Source: Eledone cirrhosa (Eukaryota). From it: a DNA stretch of 64,000 nt. The position numbers and the translations under genes are program-made. Shown here in pieces: positions 24,744 through 38,356 of the stretch. The DNA lies in NCBI GenBank assembly GCA_964016885.1, contig OZ024742.1, positions 222,332,001 to 222,396,000 on the forward strand. The letters run 5' to 3'. A model generated the notes under the pieces. That model had not been told where the DNA came from, made no database searches, and saw nothing but the letters and a program-made list of their open reading frames with translations. Position 1 is the first letter of the stretch; each line of letters opens with the position of its first letter.

Positions 24744-25254
24744 ATGGGTGGAGGTGGTGAGAGCAGACGTCAAATCACTGAAGCTTACGGAGGAGATGAC
24801 GAATGACTATGACAAGTGGAGAGATACTGTGCTGAATAGGACCTGTCCCACCCTTGCAAACAGGGAAAATCGGACATAAAACGATGATGATGATGATTAT
24901 ATATATATATATGTGTGTGTGAGGGAATCGTTAGTAATATCTTCTTGTTCTTAAAATCTCAAGTATTCTCTCAAGTATAGTTGTTAACATCATGTTGATA
25001 ATACACTGATATTTCAGTCTTGTGATTGATTGAAATACATCTGCATATATTGAACTAATATTTTATTTTATTTTGATCTCTTCACTCTATTTATGTCAAG
25101 TATTTGAATCGATTGATATATATACATATATATATATATATATACATGTATGTACATGTTGTCTGTGTGTGTGTATGTCTCTGTCTGTGTCTGTGTGTGT
25201 GTGTGTGTGTGTACAGAACATACATATTTCTGTTAACATGTTCATCAACATGTC

Positions 25255-25690
25255 CATGATGATCATGTTTGTCATGGTGGTTGTGCTGGTGGCAATGGTG
25301 ATGATTATGAGGATGATGGTGGCAGTGGTGATGATGGGTGTGATGATGATGATGGTGGTGGTGGTGGTGGTGGTGATGGTGTTGCAAGTGTTGATAACAA
25401 TGATGAAGCTAATGGTGATTGTGGTGGTGATAGTGCTAATGGTGGTGGCAATGATGATGATGATGGGTGTGGTGATGGTGGTGGTGGTGGTGGTGGTGAT
25501 GATGATGTTGTTTGCAAGTGTTGATAACAATGATGATGGTGATTGTGGTGGTGATAGTGCTAATGGTGGTGGCAATGATGATGATGGGTGTGGTGATGGT
25601 GATGGTGGTGGTGGTGATGATAACAATGATGATGATGATGGTGATTGTGGTGGTGGTAATGCTGATGGTGATGATGATAAGGATGATGTT
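25255..25690. repeat. Degenerate (GAT/GGT)n trinucleotide array with internal ~130-bp duplication
   Basis: Directly visible; GTTGCAAGTGTTGATAACAATG occurs twice. Confidence 0.9.
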
Positions 25691-25964
25691 TCTTTTTTGT
25701 TCCATGTTGGGATCTATTTGTCTTTCCTGATTAGTGTGGACCCCATCAGCAGCCCAACAGCCTGTGGCTGTGGACATCTTAGAAGAATGGAAGAAGCTGT
25801 CAAAGAAACAAAGAACACAGCCATAATGAAATTGGCAGTGACAAACTCTATTAATGTCCTGTCACTTCCAATATTCCACAGTAAATATGTATTTATGGAT
25901 ATAGACACATAACCAAGCTATATTATTTAACATTTATTATTTCTCCTCCATATTCACTTTCACT

Positions 25965-25972
25965 CTCTCACA

Positions 25973-26055
<83 letters not shown>
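25965..26055. repeat. (CT)n microsatellite
   Basis: Directly visible. Confidence 0.95.
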
Positions 26056-26058
<3 letters not shown>

Positions 26059-26394
26059 CACACACACACACTCTCTCTCTCATACACAATTTTCTCCTTT
26101 CTGACTTCCTTTCCATTTTTTCTTTCTTCTGTCTATCATCTTTCTCTCTCCCTCACCCCTCTCTCTCTCTATATATATATATATTATATATATATATATA
26201 CACATACAACACACACACATATATATACATATTTCTACATATATATGTATATATATATACATAAACACATACACATACACACATATAAATATATATATTC
26301 TTTAGTTGTTTTTTTTATATATATATTTTGATACTATAGTTTGATGTAAACCAGATCCATTGCAACATTTGAGAAATTCCCATTTGTCACTGAT

Positions 26395-26425
<31 letters not shown>

Positions 26426-27963
26426 ACATGTCTATATATGTGTGCATCTCTTCTCTGTATATATATATATGTGTGTGTGTGTGTATGTATATATATATAT
26501 CATCATCATCACCTATTTAATATCTGGTCTCGTTGGTGTTAACTTGTTGCAACCTTATTTCCCAATCAGGACGAAAATGAGGATTAATGATACAAACACA
26601 CACACATACTGAAGTAGATGTTTAAAATACCATTGTACTTAAAACATTTAAACATTAATTGAATGAGTTCTCAATACACGTAAGTAGAGTGTAACATTTA
26701 TTTTCTGAAAAGAAAAGTATCATCAGTGACTTCGAAGTTTCAATTTTGTTGCTTCACGAGTATGTGTATGTATGTGCATGTGTGTTTGTGTATATGTATG
26801 TACTGTGCATGAATGCATATATAGTTTAGCAAGCTCTCTGACCTTTTCATCTATGGCAAATCCCCTGATAAATTACTGCATAAACAAAATTCACAATATA
26901 TTGAGTTTTAAGGCCATTCATTTTTCTACACCAACCTATCTCTATACAAATGTTCAAATTGAAATTAAAACCTCTGATTGAAATGTCATTATTAGTTATG
27001 GTATATAGTTACAGCCCTTTTTGAATTACAAAACTCCATGTTTTAAAGTGTTTATATTAATCTGAAAACCTTCTTTCATGATTTTATGTAAGAACCTTTG
27101 TTCCGAACATTAGCTTAGTAATGAGAAACTTAGTTATATTATTAAATCTATTCAAATTCTTGATTATTTTACAAATGATTAGAATATAACAAACCTTTCG
27201 TTGCCATGTTTCTGATGAAAGACACTAAGCTATTTGAAACCCACCCCCACCCCAGGGTAGAGAGCACTCATCATTTGTCAATGACTGACAACCTCCCTAG
27301 TGATGGTAAATTGATAAAACACAGTACATAGTGTAAAATAGTTGGTGTTTAGGAAAGGTATCAGGCTGTAAATACCATGCTACTAAAAAAAGTTGAAAGG
27401 ACCCTCCATCATGTCAAAGGCACGACAACCTCTCTGGTGACATGATAAAATGCATCCAGTGCATCTTGTAAAGTGGTTTGTGATAGAACGGTCATCCAGC
27501 CCTAGAAAACTTACTAGGTTGAGAGGATTCTTGTGATTGCGCCAAAGACATAACAATATATCACCTAATGCAGGTACCACAGTAAAATACACCCAGTGTG
27601 TTTTGTAAAGTATGTAAGCAAAATGTGGCCCCCATCCTATCTGTGAGGTCATTAGCACTGACTAAGTTCTAACTCAATCTATGACAACTTGTCCAACCCT
27701 TGATGGCAGGTAAAATAACGTTTGATGATGATGATAATAATGATGACATAATCTATTAAGCTACTTGAGATAATTTACATATTAATATATACATATAATC
27801 CATTAAACTACCTGAGATAAATTTACATATCAATATATATATAATCTTTTGGACTGTAAGTAAAAATCAATATCGATGTTCTGTTTTTTTTATGATTCTT
27901 CTGTTAGTTATCATTTCTTTGACATCTCAAATAAGTACACTGATATCAAATATAGAAAGGCAC

Positions 27964-27998
<35 letters not shown>

Positions 27999-28074
27999 CA
28001 TGGACACAGGTATATATAGATAGGCATTATATATATGTAAGTATGTGTGTGTGGACATCATACACACACATATA

Positions 28075-28545
28075 AGGGTTGGCATGACTACTGAATTGAA
28101 GATAGCGAGTTTGGCTTTTACACCTATTACCCTTGTTCTGATTACCGAATGCTGAAGCTGGCGCACTACTGCACCAGCTCCTGCAATTCATGCACTTAAT
28201 TCAGCCTCCTACCTTCCATCACTCATGAACATGGTTCCCGAGATTCTTGAACTTCTCCACCAGCTTCAGTGGAACTCCATTCACATGTAAAGTGCTGTGC
28301 AGGCTTCCTTGAGAGGACAAGTGTCAATTTTCGCAGCACTGATTTTCATTCCAGCCATGCTGCACTCACCATCAAACTTATTAAGTGCAAGTTGAGTTAA
28401 GTAACACCATATTGTCTGCATATTTCTGGCTGACTGATACCACATCCAACCCGGATGCACATGTTAATCCTGTTCGTGTAAATAATGAACAGGTAAGGTG
28501 ACAGTACATACCCTTGGCAGAATCTGACTCTCACATTGAATGAAA
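28075..28545 (-). mobile_element. Degenerate RTE RT fragment
   Basis: Translation FNVRVRFCQGYVLSPYLFIIY...GMKIS...LKLVEKF...KAKLAIFNSVVMPTL. Confidence 0.7.
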
Positions 28546-28871
28546 TTATTAATTAATTGAGCGCTAAAATATTAACTTAACATATAGTTCTTATATAAAA
28601 TTATGTTGAAAGATTTTTATTTAGACAGGAATTCTTTAAAATGGTTTAGTTTTGCTTGATGGAACCAGGCATGATTTGGAGCTGGTTGGTATCAAAAGGC
28701 TTAAATGTGGTGCCCCTGTTTGGTCATGATGACTATAACCAGACCCCCAAATAACTCAAACATGTGTTGTTTGCTGAAATGAAATAAAATGGAAAGTATT
28801 CCATTGGGTGTCGTCTCACATTGACATTTTATCCTGTAGGAAATAATTTAATTAAAACATTTTTAATTATT

Positions 28872-29541
28872 ACTAGCAGAATGGCCTGGCATTGCTCAGG
28901 ATTCTAAACATAGATTGGCATGTTTATCCCTCCTTTCTGAAATAGTACAGAGAAGTACGGAATACCTCGGCCTCGATACGTTTGTTTGTATTTTGTTTTT
29001 GTGTATGCAAAAATATCTGTACACGAATATATAAATTATATATATATATATATATTAAAATAACAGATTAAAGTTTAAGCAAAGAATCGCTGCTTTCACC
29101 CTTAACGGGATCTTCTGAAACTAAACAAATCAATCTGTGAACGCAGAAGTAAATATTACGAAAAACGTTGCAACCGAAGGAAAACAGGAAGACGATACTT
29201 TGGTTCATGAAGACGTTCCATGGCAATGAACGGAAAAAAGCGAAGATAATACATCAATGTTTTCATAATGTCATAATGTAGACAGCCAGACATACAGACA
29301 GATATTATAAGGGTGCGACGTTATATGTATCTATCTAAAAAGACAGACTAAGAAAGAGAGAGATATCGCTAACCGGCGCCTAATGCGGTCCCTAAGGCAT
29401 TGCAAATTTGAAATATTCTTTGCTCAAAACACTCACACGACCATAAGTATTACATGTGTAAAGTTTGAAAAAAATTGGTTGGGTGGTTCTCAAGTTTTAG
29501 GGGGACAGACAGACAGACATTTTCTGTTTTAGATATATAGA
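28872..29541 (-). mobile_element. Non-autonomous Helitron-like element
   Basis: 5' TCTATATATCTAAAA...(GTCT)n; 3' hairpin CCTGAGCAATGCCAGG followed by TTCTGCTAG|T. Confidence 0.65.
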
Positions 29542-29838
29542 CTAGCAGAAAACCGCATACCGGGTGGTTTCTGCTAGTATATATATATATTACACACACA
29601 GAAATGTATATATATTTCTGTGTGTGTATATATATATATATTACACACACACAGAAATGTATATATGTTTCTGTAGCACTCCTCAATTCCCCCCCTCTCT
29701 CCCTCCCGCTATCCCCCTCTCGTAGTCTGTCTCTTTCTTTCACTCTCTCTCTACGCGTGCGCAAAAAACATTCGCACGCACGTGTTTCCACTGTCGGACA
29801 GACAGACAGAGAAATTGCTGGTTATATATTAAAAGGAG

Positions 29839-29877
<39 letters not shown>

Positions 29878-30013
29878 CTGGCAGTATCGGTAGAGGTTAA
29901 CTTTGCCTTTCATCCTTACGGGGTTGATAAAATAAAGTACCAGTAATACACTGGAGGTAATTGCTGGCCTTGTGCCAAAAGTAGAAACAATTGTTATTAT
30001 TATTATTATTATT

Positions 30014-30966
30014 ACTTGGAGACTGGAATGTCTTCAGGCGCTCACAGCCCTCGACCAATCGGGCAATGTGATCGGTGGAAACTCCACCTTGGCGTTCTAT
30101 AGGGGATTAGTGGAGGGGAAGAGCGACGACGTACTTGGAGAAACTCTAGGCGTCGACGAAAATCAACTAGCCAATCTCTTCGGAAGGACTTTCGGGCCGG
30201 GGCCTATGGACAACTTCCAGAAATCCCTGGCCTGGCAGTGCTACCGAGGAGCTTTGCCAGTTCGGGATAAACTCTACAGGCATGGAGGTGCCGTCAGCCA
30301 GGCATGTCCGAGATGCGCGCAGGGCGACGAAACCGTCCTGCACGCACTCGTCCAGTGTCCGAGCATTGCTGACTTGTGGGTTTATGTCGAACACCTGCTG
30401 TCACGTGTAGGACGGATCCAGCTATCAGCTGAGTCCATCGTGAGGATTGCCCCGCCCCCTTCCTTTAGCCTGGAAGGGCAGGCAGTTTTTATCTGTCTGG
30501 TGGCCATGGCGAACGAGATAGTATGGTGGACACGTTTGAAAGGGCTGAAGACGAGCACTTACCTCTTCGGTGATGCCCTGATTAACTTTTTCAAATTTCA
30601 TTTGAAAAGGAAAATCAGGGTAGAGAGGGAAGTGCTCTCTTCCCAGCATTTTGTTGAAAGATGGGTGAGAGAAGCAAGTATAGCCCGAGTGAATGGGCCT
30701 ACTCTGAGTATGTGTCTGTAAATTAAAGGTGGAAAACTGGGAGAGGGCACTTGCCCTGGTGGTCAGGGCCACTGTGGTCTTTTAATGGGCTTTCTCCACA
30801 AATGTCCCTCGGAAGTCTCCCCCCTATTGGGGAATTTTTCTTTGTTATTTTATTTCAACCTCCGTTTTTTTTTACACGCAGAAATGCCCATTTGTACCGT
30901 CCTGTATTGTCCTGTACTGTCCTTAATGTCTACTTTATGTAAACCCTTGTGGTTAATAAAGAAAAC
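30014..30966 (+). mobile_element. Tx1/L1-clade LINE 3' fragment
   Basis: CCHC-type knuckle CPRCAQGDETVLHALVQC, AATAAA, flanked by (TTA)n; homologous to 33270-34187. Confidence 0.88.
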
Positions 30967-31029
30967 ATTATTATTACTATTACTATTACTATTATTATTA
31001 TTATTATTATTTGAACTCAGTCCCTTTAC

Positions 31030-31148
31030 AGTCTGAGTTCAAATCCCGCCGAGGTTAACTTTGCCTTTCATCCTTACGGGGTCGATAAAATAAAGTACCA
31101 GTAATGTACTGGGTAATTGCTGGCCTTGTGCCTAAAGTAGAAACAATT
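31030..31148 (+). mobile_element. tRNA-derived SINE (family S1), 5'-truncated
   Basis: GAGTTCAAATCCCGCCGAGGTTAACTTTGCCTTTCATCCTTACGGGGTCGATAAAATAAAGTACC. Confidence 0.8.
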
Positions 31149-31184
31149 ATTATTATTATTATTATTATTATTATAATAAAAAAA

Positions 31185-34100
31185 ACTAGATAAGTCTAGT
31201 AAAAGTTGTCCACAATTTAAAATAGTCGACTACACACCACAAATTTGTGATCCGTGAGATTGACATAGACAGACTTCATAGACAAGGGCCTGGTTACTGG
31301 AAGCTGAACGCGTCTTTCCCGGCGCGCAAAGCCTACAGAGACCGGATTAGCGTATTAGTTAAGCGGGCGTTGATGGGAGTGGTCGTCAACAACAGGTGGT
31401 GGTTCGCCCTGAAAATGGCAATTAAAGTAGAGTCGATTAGGTTTAGCAAAGAACTAGTGATAGAGGAAAATAGAGTAGAGGGAGAGCTAGTCAGAAAGCT
31501 AGAAGAGGCGTTTAGGACAGGCATCGCAACCGATGTGCTTGCAGCGAGATTGGCACTCGACCAATTCTTCAATGCAAAACACGAAGGCTGCATTGTCAGA
31601 GCTAGAGCGCGTGCTCTGAAACACGAGGGGACAAAAGCCGTCCAATGGGCCCGGGTGGCAGAGGCGTGACGTGGCAACAAAGCCACAATTCGGTCTTTGT
31701 CTGACCAAAACGGGTGTGTGATGCTCGAACCCGAGCGGATGTGTGAAGCTGTCAGCAGCACTTTGCTGAACTGTTTGGGAGCAGCGGCGGCCCGGATCGG
31801 GGCATGGACTTCAGTGCATGCCTCGACGGACTGCCTCGACTCTCGACGACCGCAGCACAGTGTTGCGAAAAGCCAATAACAGCCGGTGAAATACAGGAAG
31901 CGATGGCTAACTGCACAAGGGGTAAATCGCCAGGTTTGGATGGTCTGCCCTACGAGCTTTATGCATTTATGCCAGACATGTTCGGTGACCTCTTGGCAGA
32001 CGTCTACTGCAACTGGCAACAGAAAGGGAGCATTCCCAGTTTTGTGAGCCGGGGAGCAGTGGCGCTGCTGAGAAAAGACCCGAACAAGGGGGATGTTATC
32101 GATAATTTCAGGCCCATAACCCTACTAAACGCAGAGTTCAAGATTTTAGCCAAGGTGTTAGCAATGAGGTTGGCGCTTGTCGTCAGAGGTCTGGTGGGAG
32201 CGGCGCAGACATGCGCCATTCCGGACAGATCCATACACGACAACCTCCACCTCGTGCGATACATCATAGAGAGAGTAGTTAAGGAACCTGGCACGGGTGG
32301 GGCCCTGATCAACTTGGATCAATCCAAAGCATTCGATAGGGTCGACCATCGGTACCTGGCGGTGGTCCTTGAGGCAGCCGGTTTCGGGCCCGTTTTCAGG
32401 GGCTGAATCGCTGCAATGTACAGCGACATCTGCTCAGTTGTGAGGGTGAATGGTCACCTGTCGCAGCCGTTCAGCATCATGCGCTCAGTCCGCCAGGGTT
32501 GTCCTCTCTCGTCCCCCTTGTACGTATTGGCTCTCGAGCCATTACTGCACAAACTGGGGGCGATGAGGGGCGTCCCACGCGAACTAGGATGCGGGAAATC
32601 CGAGTCGGCTTACGCCGACGACGTCACCGTGGTTGTGTCGAGCACCAGACACGTCCAGATGCTCGGCACCGCTCTCAAGGAATACGAAGTGGTGACAGGA
32701 GCAAAGATAAACCAGGAAAAGTCGGTGGGCTTGCAGCTCGGCACCTGGAGAGGCAAGTCCATGCCGTCCGACAGCGTCGTCGGGCGTTGGATGGACGGAC
32801 CGGTTAAATTGCTCGGGGTCTGGTTCGGACTGGACCTCCAGATAGAGAAAAACTGGAATGAGGTGACGAGCAAGGTGGCCTCCCTCACCCAGAAATGGGC
32901 CGAGAGGAAGCTGTCCCTGAAAGGCCGGGCGGAGGTGGCGAATGCGTACATCGCATCCGTCATCTGCTACTGCCTCACCGTCGTCCCTTGCCCCAGCCCA
33001 ACTCTCACCAAAATGGAGCGCCTCCTCTTCCGCTTTTTGTGGAAAGGTCGCGCTCTCATGGTCAGACGATCCATCTGCTGTCAACACCCATTGCGTGGAG
33101 GACTGGGCATGCCATGGCTGATGATGCGCAAACATGCGCTGAGGCTGCGACATCTCTGGTGCTTCCTTGACGGTGAATAGATGTGGTCGCCGTTCGCCTA
33201 GCACGTTTTCCTACAGCTCATCTCCTTGACGGAGCTGCAGTCCTGGGTCAGAAAAAGACCGAGGGATAGCGCTTGGAAACTGGAATGTCTCCAGGCGCTC
33301 ACTGCCCTCTGCCAGCTGAGGACTAGTGGAGGGGAACAGCGACAACGTTCTCGGAGAGATCCTGGGCGTCGAAGAAGATCAGCTGTTTGCTCTCTTCCGG
33401 AGAACTTTCAGCCCAGGGCCTATGGATAACTTCCAAAAATCCCTGGCCTGGCAGTGCTACCGGGGAGCGTTGCCGCTTCGAGATAAGCTCTACAGGCACG
33501 GAAGTGCCGTCAGCCGAGCCTGTCCGAGATGCGCGCAGAGCGACGAAACCGTCGTGCACGCATTCGTTCAGTGCCCGAGCATTGCTGACTTGTGGAACTA
33601 TGTCGAACAGTTTCTGTCGCGTGTAGGACTGATCCGGTTATCGACTAAGTCCATTGTGCAGATGGTCTCGCCGTCTTCCTTCGAGGAGGAAGGGCAGGCG
33701 GTTTTCATCTGCCTGGTCGCCATGGCGAAAGAGATTGTGTGGTGGACAAGGTTGAAAGGGTTAAAGACAGACACTTTCCTCTTCGGCGAATCCCTAATTA
33801 ACTTTTTCAAGTTTCACTTGAAGAGGAAAATCAGGGTGGAGAGGCAAGTGCTGCCTTCTAGCAAGTTTGTTGAAAGGTGGGTGAATGTAGCGAGAATGGT
33901 CCGAGTGAACGGGACCGCTCTGAATATACATCTGTAGTTTGAGAGAGGGCGCTTGCCCTGGTGGTCAGGGTGGCCGTGGTCTTTTGTGTGGTTCTATTGG
34001 GGAATTTTTCATTGTTTCAATTTTCATTTTTATATATATATATATGTTTCTATGTCTTTTTTTTTCTTTTCTTATATAAATAATAAAAATATTTACACGC

Positions 34101-34186
34101 ACAAAACCCACATCGTACCGTCCTGTACCGTCCTGTGCCGTCTGTAATGTTTTTCTTGATGTCAGCCCTTGTGGCCAATAAAGAAA

Positions 34187-34187
<1 letters not shown>
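31185..34187 (+). mobile_element. Tx1/L1-clade LINE ORF2 (APE end, RT, CCHC), with several stops and frameshifts
   Basis: GPGYWKLN, GKSPGLDGLPYE, NFRPITLLN, LDQSKAFDRVDH, VRQGCPLS, AYADDV, GGLGMP and CPRCAQSDETVVHAFVQC; AATAAA then (TTA)n. Confidence 0.93.
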
Positions 34188-34233
<46 letters not shown>

Positions 34234-34748
34234 GTTATTGTTATTGGTGGTGCTGCTGCTGCCTAGATTGACGGAATTGGTAGAGTGACAGATAAAAGGC
34301 AATTGCAGTGTTTGTTCTGGGTCTTTACATTCTGAGTTCAAATCCTGCCACGGTCAACTTTGTCATTCATCCATTTGGGGTTGGTAAAATAAAGTACTAG
34401 TCAAGTATCAGGTTTAATTTAATCAACTTTGCCCTTCCTCCAGATTTGCTGGATTTGTGCAGAAGTTAGAGATTATTAATATTGTTATTGCTATTTAGCT
34501 TCTTAGTTGACATTTAAACCTGTTTTTTCTTTTTTTTTCTTCTTTTTTTTCACAATGAAGGAGGGGGGGGGGGCTTATTTGAAGCATTAGTCATCGATGG
34601 TTGTAATAAAGTGACCTTTTTGTTAGTACACTTCCTAGTCACCTGTGCTATTTAACCCTTTCGTTACTATATTTATAATGAAAATTGCTGCAAGTGGTTT
34701 TCGAATAATTTTGAAAAATAATTATTAAGTTGGTATTTGAAGTATAGC

Positions 34749-34955
34749 TTAACCCTTCACCATTTACATTACTCTATATATACTATTGTATTTTCATGGT
34801 AAAGACTTTATTTCACATAATATTGAATCTATGAGATTTTGATATTATTTTGAGAACAATACCTTAAGTTTGAGTGACTAGTTACGACCGGTTTGAACAA
34901 AAAGAAGTGAGAGAGTTCTGGCCGGATACAGCTGGTTTAAACACTGATGGGTTAA
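34749..34955. mobile_element. piggyBac-type MITE (family 1) nested in a family-2 MITE (~34653-35226)
   Basis: TTAA-CCCTTCACC...CTGATGGG-TTAA interrupts the longer TTAACCCTTTCGTTAC... element. Confidence 0.75.
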
Positions 34956-36079
34956 TGAAGAATTTTGCAGGATTTACCTAAATTATTATTTAATTCATTA
35001 CTAAGAAAGCAACTTAACATATGATCCATATACTAAATTATGTTGGAAGAGTTTAATTTAAATAGGAACAGTATAGAATGGGTGGTTTGTTTCACAGAAC
35101 CAGAGCCAATTTAGGCCTTGTTGGTATCAAAAGGGCTAAGAATCCTTACATTAGAATTATGATGGAAGTACTTTATAAACAGTTTTGTATTATAGAACCA
35201 GAGATAGTTTGGAATTGAAAGGTTTATTGGGTCAGTTATCAATTAGTATCACTACTTCAGTTACATATTCATTATCTAACTGAAGGTGCATAGCTTAGTG
35301 GTCAGAGTGTTCAGCTTGAAATTGTAAAGTTGTAAGTTTTATTCCCAATAGTGCATTGTGTTCTTGAGTAAGACACTTTACTTCACATTGCTCCAATCCA
35401 TTCAATTGTAAAAAATGAGTTGTACTTGTGATCAGAGGGCCAGCTTTGTCTCACTATATCACACTAAATCTCCCTAAGAATTACATTAAGGTTACATATG
35501 TCTGTGGAATGCTCAATCACATATTTATTTCATGACCTGGTTTTTCTGTTGATCAAACAATTGGAACAGTTAATTTCAGAAGCAATATAGGCCTAACATA
35601 CACATATATATAGATGGTGGTATGGTCCCGTAACTCCTGAGGCAGTTGTAGGGGCGCTGTATTGACATACAGCGTTTCTTGGGCATTTTAAGCCTGGCGG
35701 AGCCCATTCCTCTCCAGGCCTGAGTACAGCAGATTTCTTCCAGAGAAAGAATAAATCCCACTACTAGACTGGTTCTTTTTTTTATCGGTCCTTGAAAGGA
35801 TGAAAGGCAAAGTTGACCTCAGCAGGATTTGAACTCCAAGAGCAGAGAGGCGGAACGAATACTGTAAAGCATTCTATCCGACATTCTAACAACCCTGCCA
35901 ATTTGTCGCCTATATGTAGACATGTATGTATATATGAAGGTGTATGGTTTAGTGGATAGGATGTTTGGCCTACAATTAATAAGATTCTTGGTGGCACACA
36001 TTATGTGCTTGAGTTTGACACATATTTGACTTTGCAGGAAAACATGTTAAACATATTTCTAATTTTATAATGAAATAAT

Positions 36080-36296
36080 TGTTTGCAGTGCTCAGGTGCA
36101 CTACAACTCATCGAAGGTGCATGTATAGTACATAGAATAATGTACAAATGTCAGGAAAGTAAACAGTGTATTAGTCATGATATACATGTGTGCGTGTGAA
36201 TGGAGTGGGGGATATCAGGTATAGTGTTAGCGAATTTCAGGATGCAGTAGCTCGGCAGCTAACAACTGTTATAGGTAGTTTGTTCCATGCTTCAGA
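36080..36296 (-). mobile_element. CR1-type LINE extreme 3' fragment
   Basis: Translation EAWNKLPITVVSCRATAS (WNKLP..VV motif) followed by a 3'UTR. Confidence 0.5.
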
Positions 36297-36412
36297 CCTC
36301 CCTTTAACATTTAATTCATTTTAATTTCACTTTCAACATCCTTTACCACATGAAACTGCATTAGCAAACAATCTTAAAATGTAATATACAGCACTCTGAC
36401 TACTTCACATTA

Positions 36413-36597
36413 TGGTGGATTGGCAGTATCGGTAGAGGGTTTGACGCCATGCTTTCCAGCATAGTTACGTCCCTTTACGATCTGAGTTCAAATCCCGCCG
36501 AGGTTTACTTTGCCTTTCATCCTTACGGGGTCGATAAAATAAAGTACCAGTAATGCACTGGATAATTACTGGCCTTGTGCCTAAAGTAGAAACAATT
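36413..36597 (+). mobile_element. tRNA-derived SINE (family S1), full length
   Basis: Box A TGGCAGTATCGG, box B GAGTTCAAATCC, the conserved core and the tail GCCTTGTGCCTAAAGTAGAAACAAT. Confidence 0.85.
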
Positions 36598-37211
36598 AAA
36601 AATTAGTCTTTACTCAAATACTGTACATCTTCACAATAATTTGTCTACTAGTAGAGATACTATAAACATTCGAATTAACAAACATGTTTTTAGATATTTT
36701 CTTCTACATCATTACAGGATGTAAAGAGTTAATTAATATAATTTAATTTGATTAATTTCAAACCCTGACATTTAATTCTCACTGATATTTTCAGTGAAAG
36801 ATAAGATTTATTATTGCATTAGTCAGGATTGTTTTACAGTGACCTATTTATTAGTACACTTCCTGGCCTGTTTTGCTGTTTAATTGGGTCAGTTATCAAC
36901 CAACATCATTACTTCCTTTACATACTCATTATCTGACTAACCTTACATTATTTGGTTGGTATTATTTAGTACAATAAACAAGAAATCATTATTTACTACA
37001 ATAACAGACTAACTACTCAATGTTTGCTGCTCAGCTAATTAACTAATAGTAAAATCAATTGTATTTAGTTATCAAAATGTCTTTTCGAGGTTGTATGAAG
37101 AACAAAGCTTGCTTAAATTACTTAATTAAAATAAGCAATTTTAATCTTTATGATACTAAATCTCCTGAAACCACCCCAGGTTCTATGATACAAAACTTTA
37201 TTTTAAAGTGC

Positions 37212-37419
37212 TTAACCCTTTAGCATTTAAACCAGCCATATCCAGCCATAATTCTCTCACTTATTTCTGTTCAAACCGGCCATAACCAGCCCCTCATACT
37301 GATTTTAAGATATTGTTCTCAAAATAAATAATCTCATAGATTTGATGTTATGTGAGGTAAATCCTTTACCGCAAAAATACAATAGTAAATATAGAGTAAT
37401 GGAAATACTAAAGGGTTAA
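37212..37419. mobile_element. piggyBac-type MITE (family 1)
   Basis: TTAA-CCCTTTAGCATTT...AATACTAAAGGG-TTAA. Confidence 0.8.
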
Positions 37420-37916
37420 ATCTTCCATTATAATTCTATGTAAGAATCTTTATTATGTTCCTAACACCAGCTAAGTAATGAGAAATTTAGTTATATTACC
37501 AAGTCTCTCTATATACTTGATTATTTTCAAAGTTAATTGAAAATCATAGCAAGTTTTTCAATAGAAATATAGTAATGGAAGGGTTAAGACCATTTTCCCA
37601 GCTAAAGGAGAGGGCAGCTTAGTGGGCACTGTTTCATACTCAACATAAGGTTCTTTTTGTGGCAAAATCAGGAATCTCCTTCTTTTCATGCCACATCATG
37701 TTTAATGGTTGATATATGCAATGAACAGTTCATTGTCATACAAGTGTAGGAAATCTTCCAGAGGTCCCAGGTTCAATCCCACTGCATAGTGTTTTGAATA
37801 ACTGTCTTTACTCATAGTTTTTAGTCAACTCAAGTCTTTAGGTGAAACTGGAGAGAAAGTAACTTTATGGAAGCCTGTTGGATGGACTGTACATGTAATT
37901 CTACCTGAGAATTATG

Positions 37917-38356
37917 TTAACCCTTCAGCATTTAAACCGGCTATATCTAGCCAGAATTTTCTCACCTCTTCCATTCAAAACTGTCAAAACCAGCCACTCA
38001 TACTGATGTTAACCCTTTAGCATTTATATTACTCTATATATACTACTGTATTTTTGTGGTAAAGGCTTTACCTAACCTAATTATCTCACATAATATCGAT
38101 CCTACAAGATTTTGATATTATTTATTTTTAGAACAATACCTCAACATCAGTATGAGTGGCCGGTTATAGCCAGTTTGAACAGAAAGAGATGAGAGAATTC
38201 TGGCTGGATATGGCCAGTTTAAATGCTAAAGGGTTAAGGTATTGTTATCAAAATGAATAATATCAAAATCCCATAGATTCGATATTATGTGAGATAAAGT
38301 GTTTGCAGTGAAAATACAATAGTAAATATAGAGTAATGTAAATTCTACAGGGTTAA
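37917..38356. mobile_element. Family-1 MITE with a second family-1 MITE (38009-38237) inserted in opposite orientation
   Basis: Four TTAA-bounded CCC/GGG termini; removing the inner copy restores the consensus CTGATGTTAAGGTATTG. Confidence 0.88.

Noticed and set aside
25073-25912. 279-aa Met/Val/Asp-rich ORF and antisense poly-His or poly-Pro ORFs
   Set aside because: Stop-free only because of GAT/GGT and TG repeats; no domain. Only the unique 3' island was kept as a low-confidence finding.
36413-36500. tRNA genes at A/B-box sites
   Set aside because: No cloverleaf; these are SINE heads followed by SINE core and tail.
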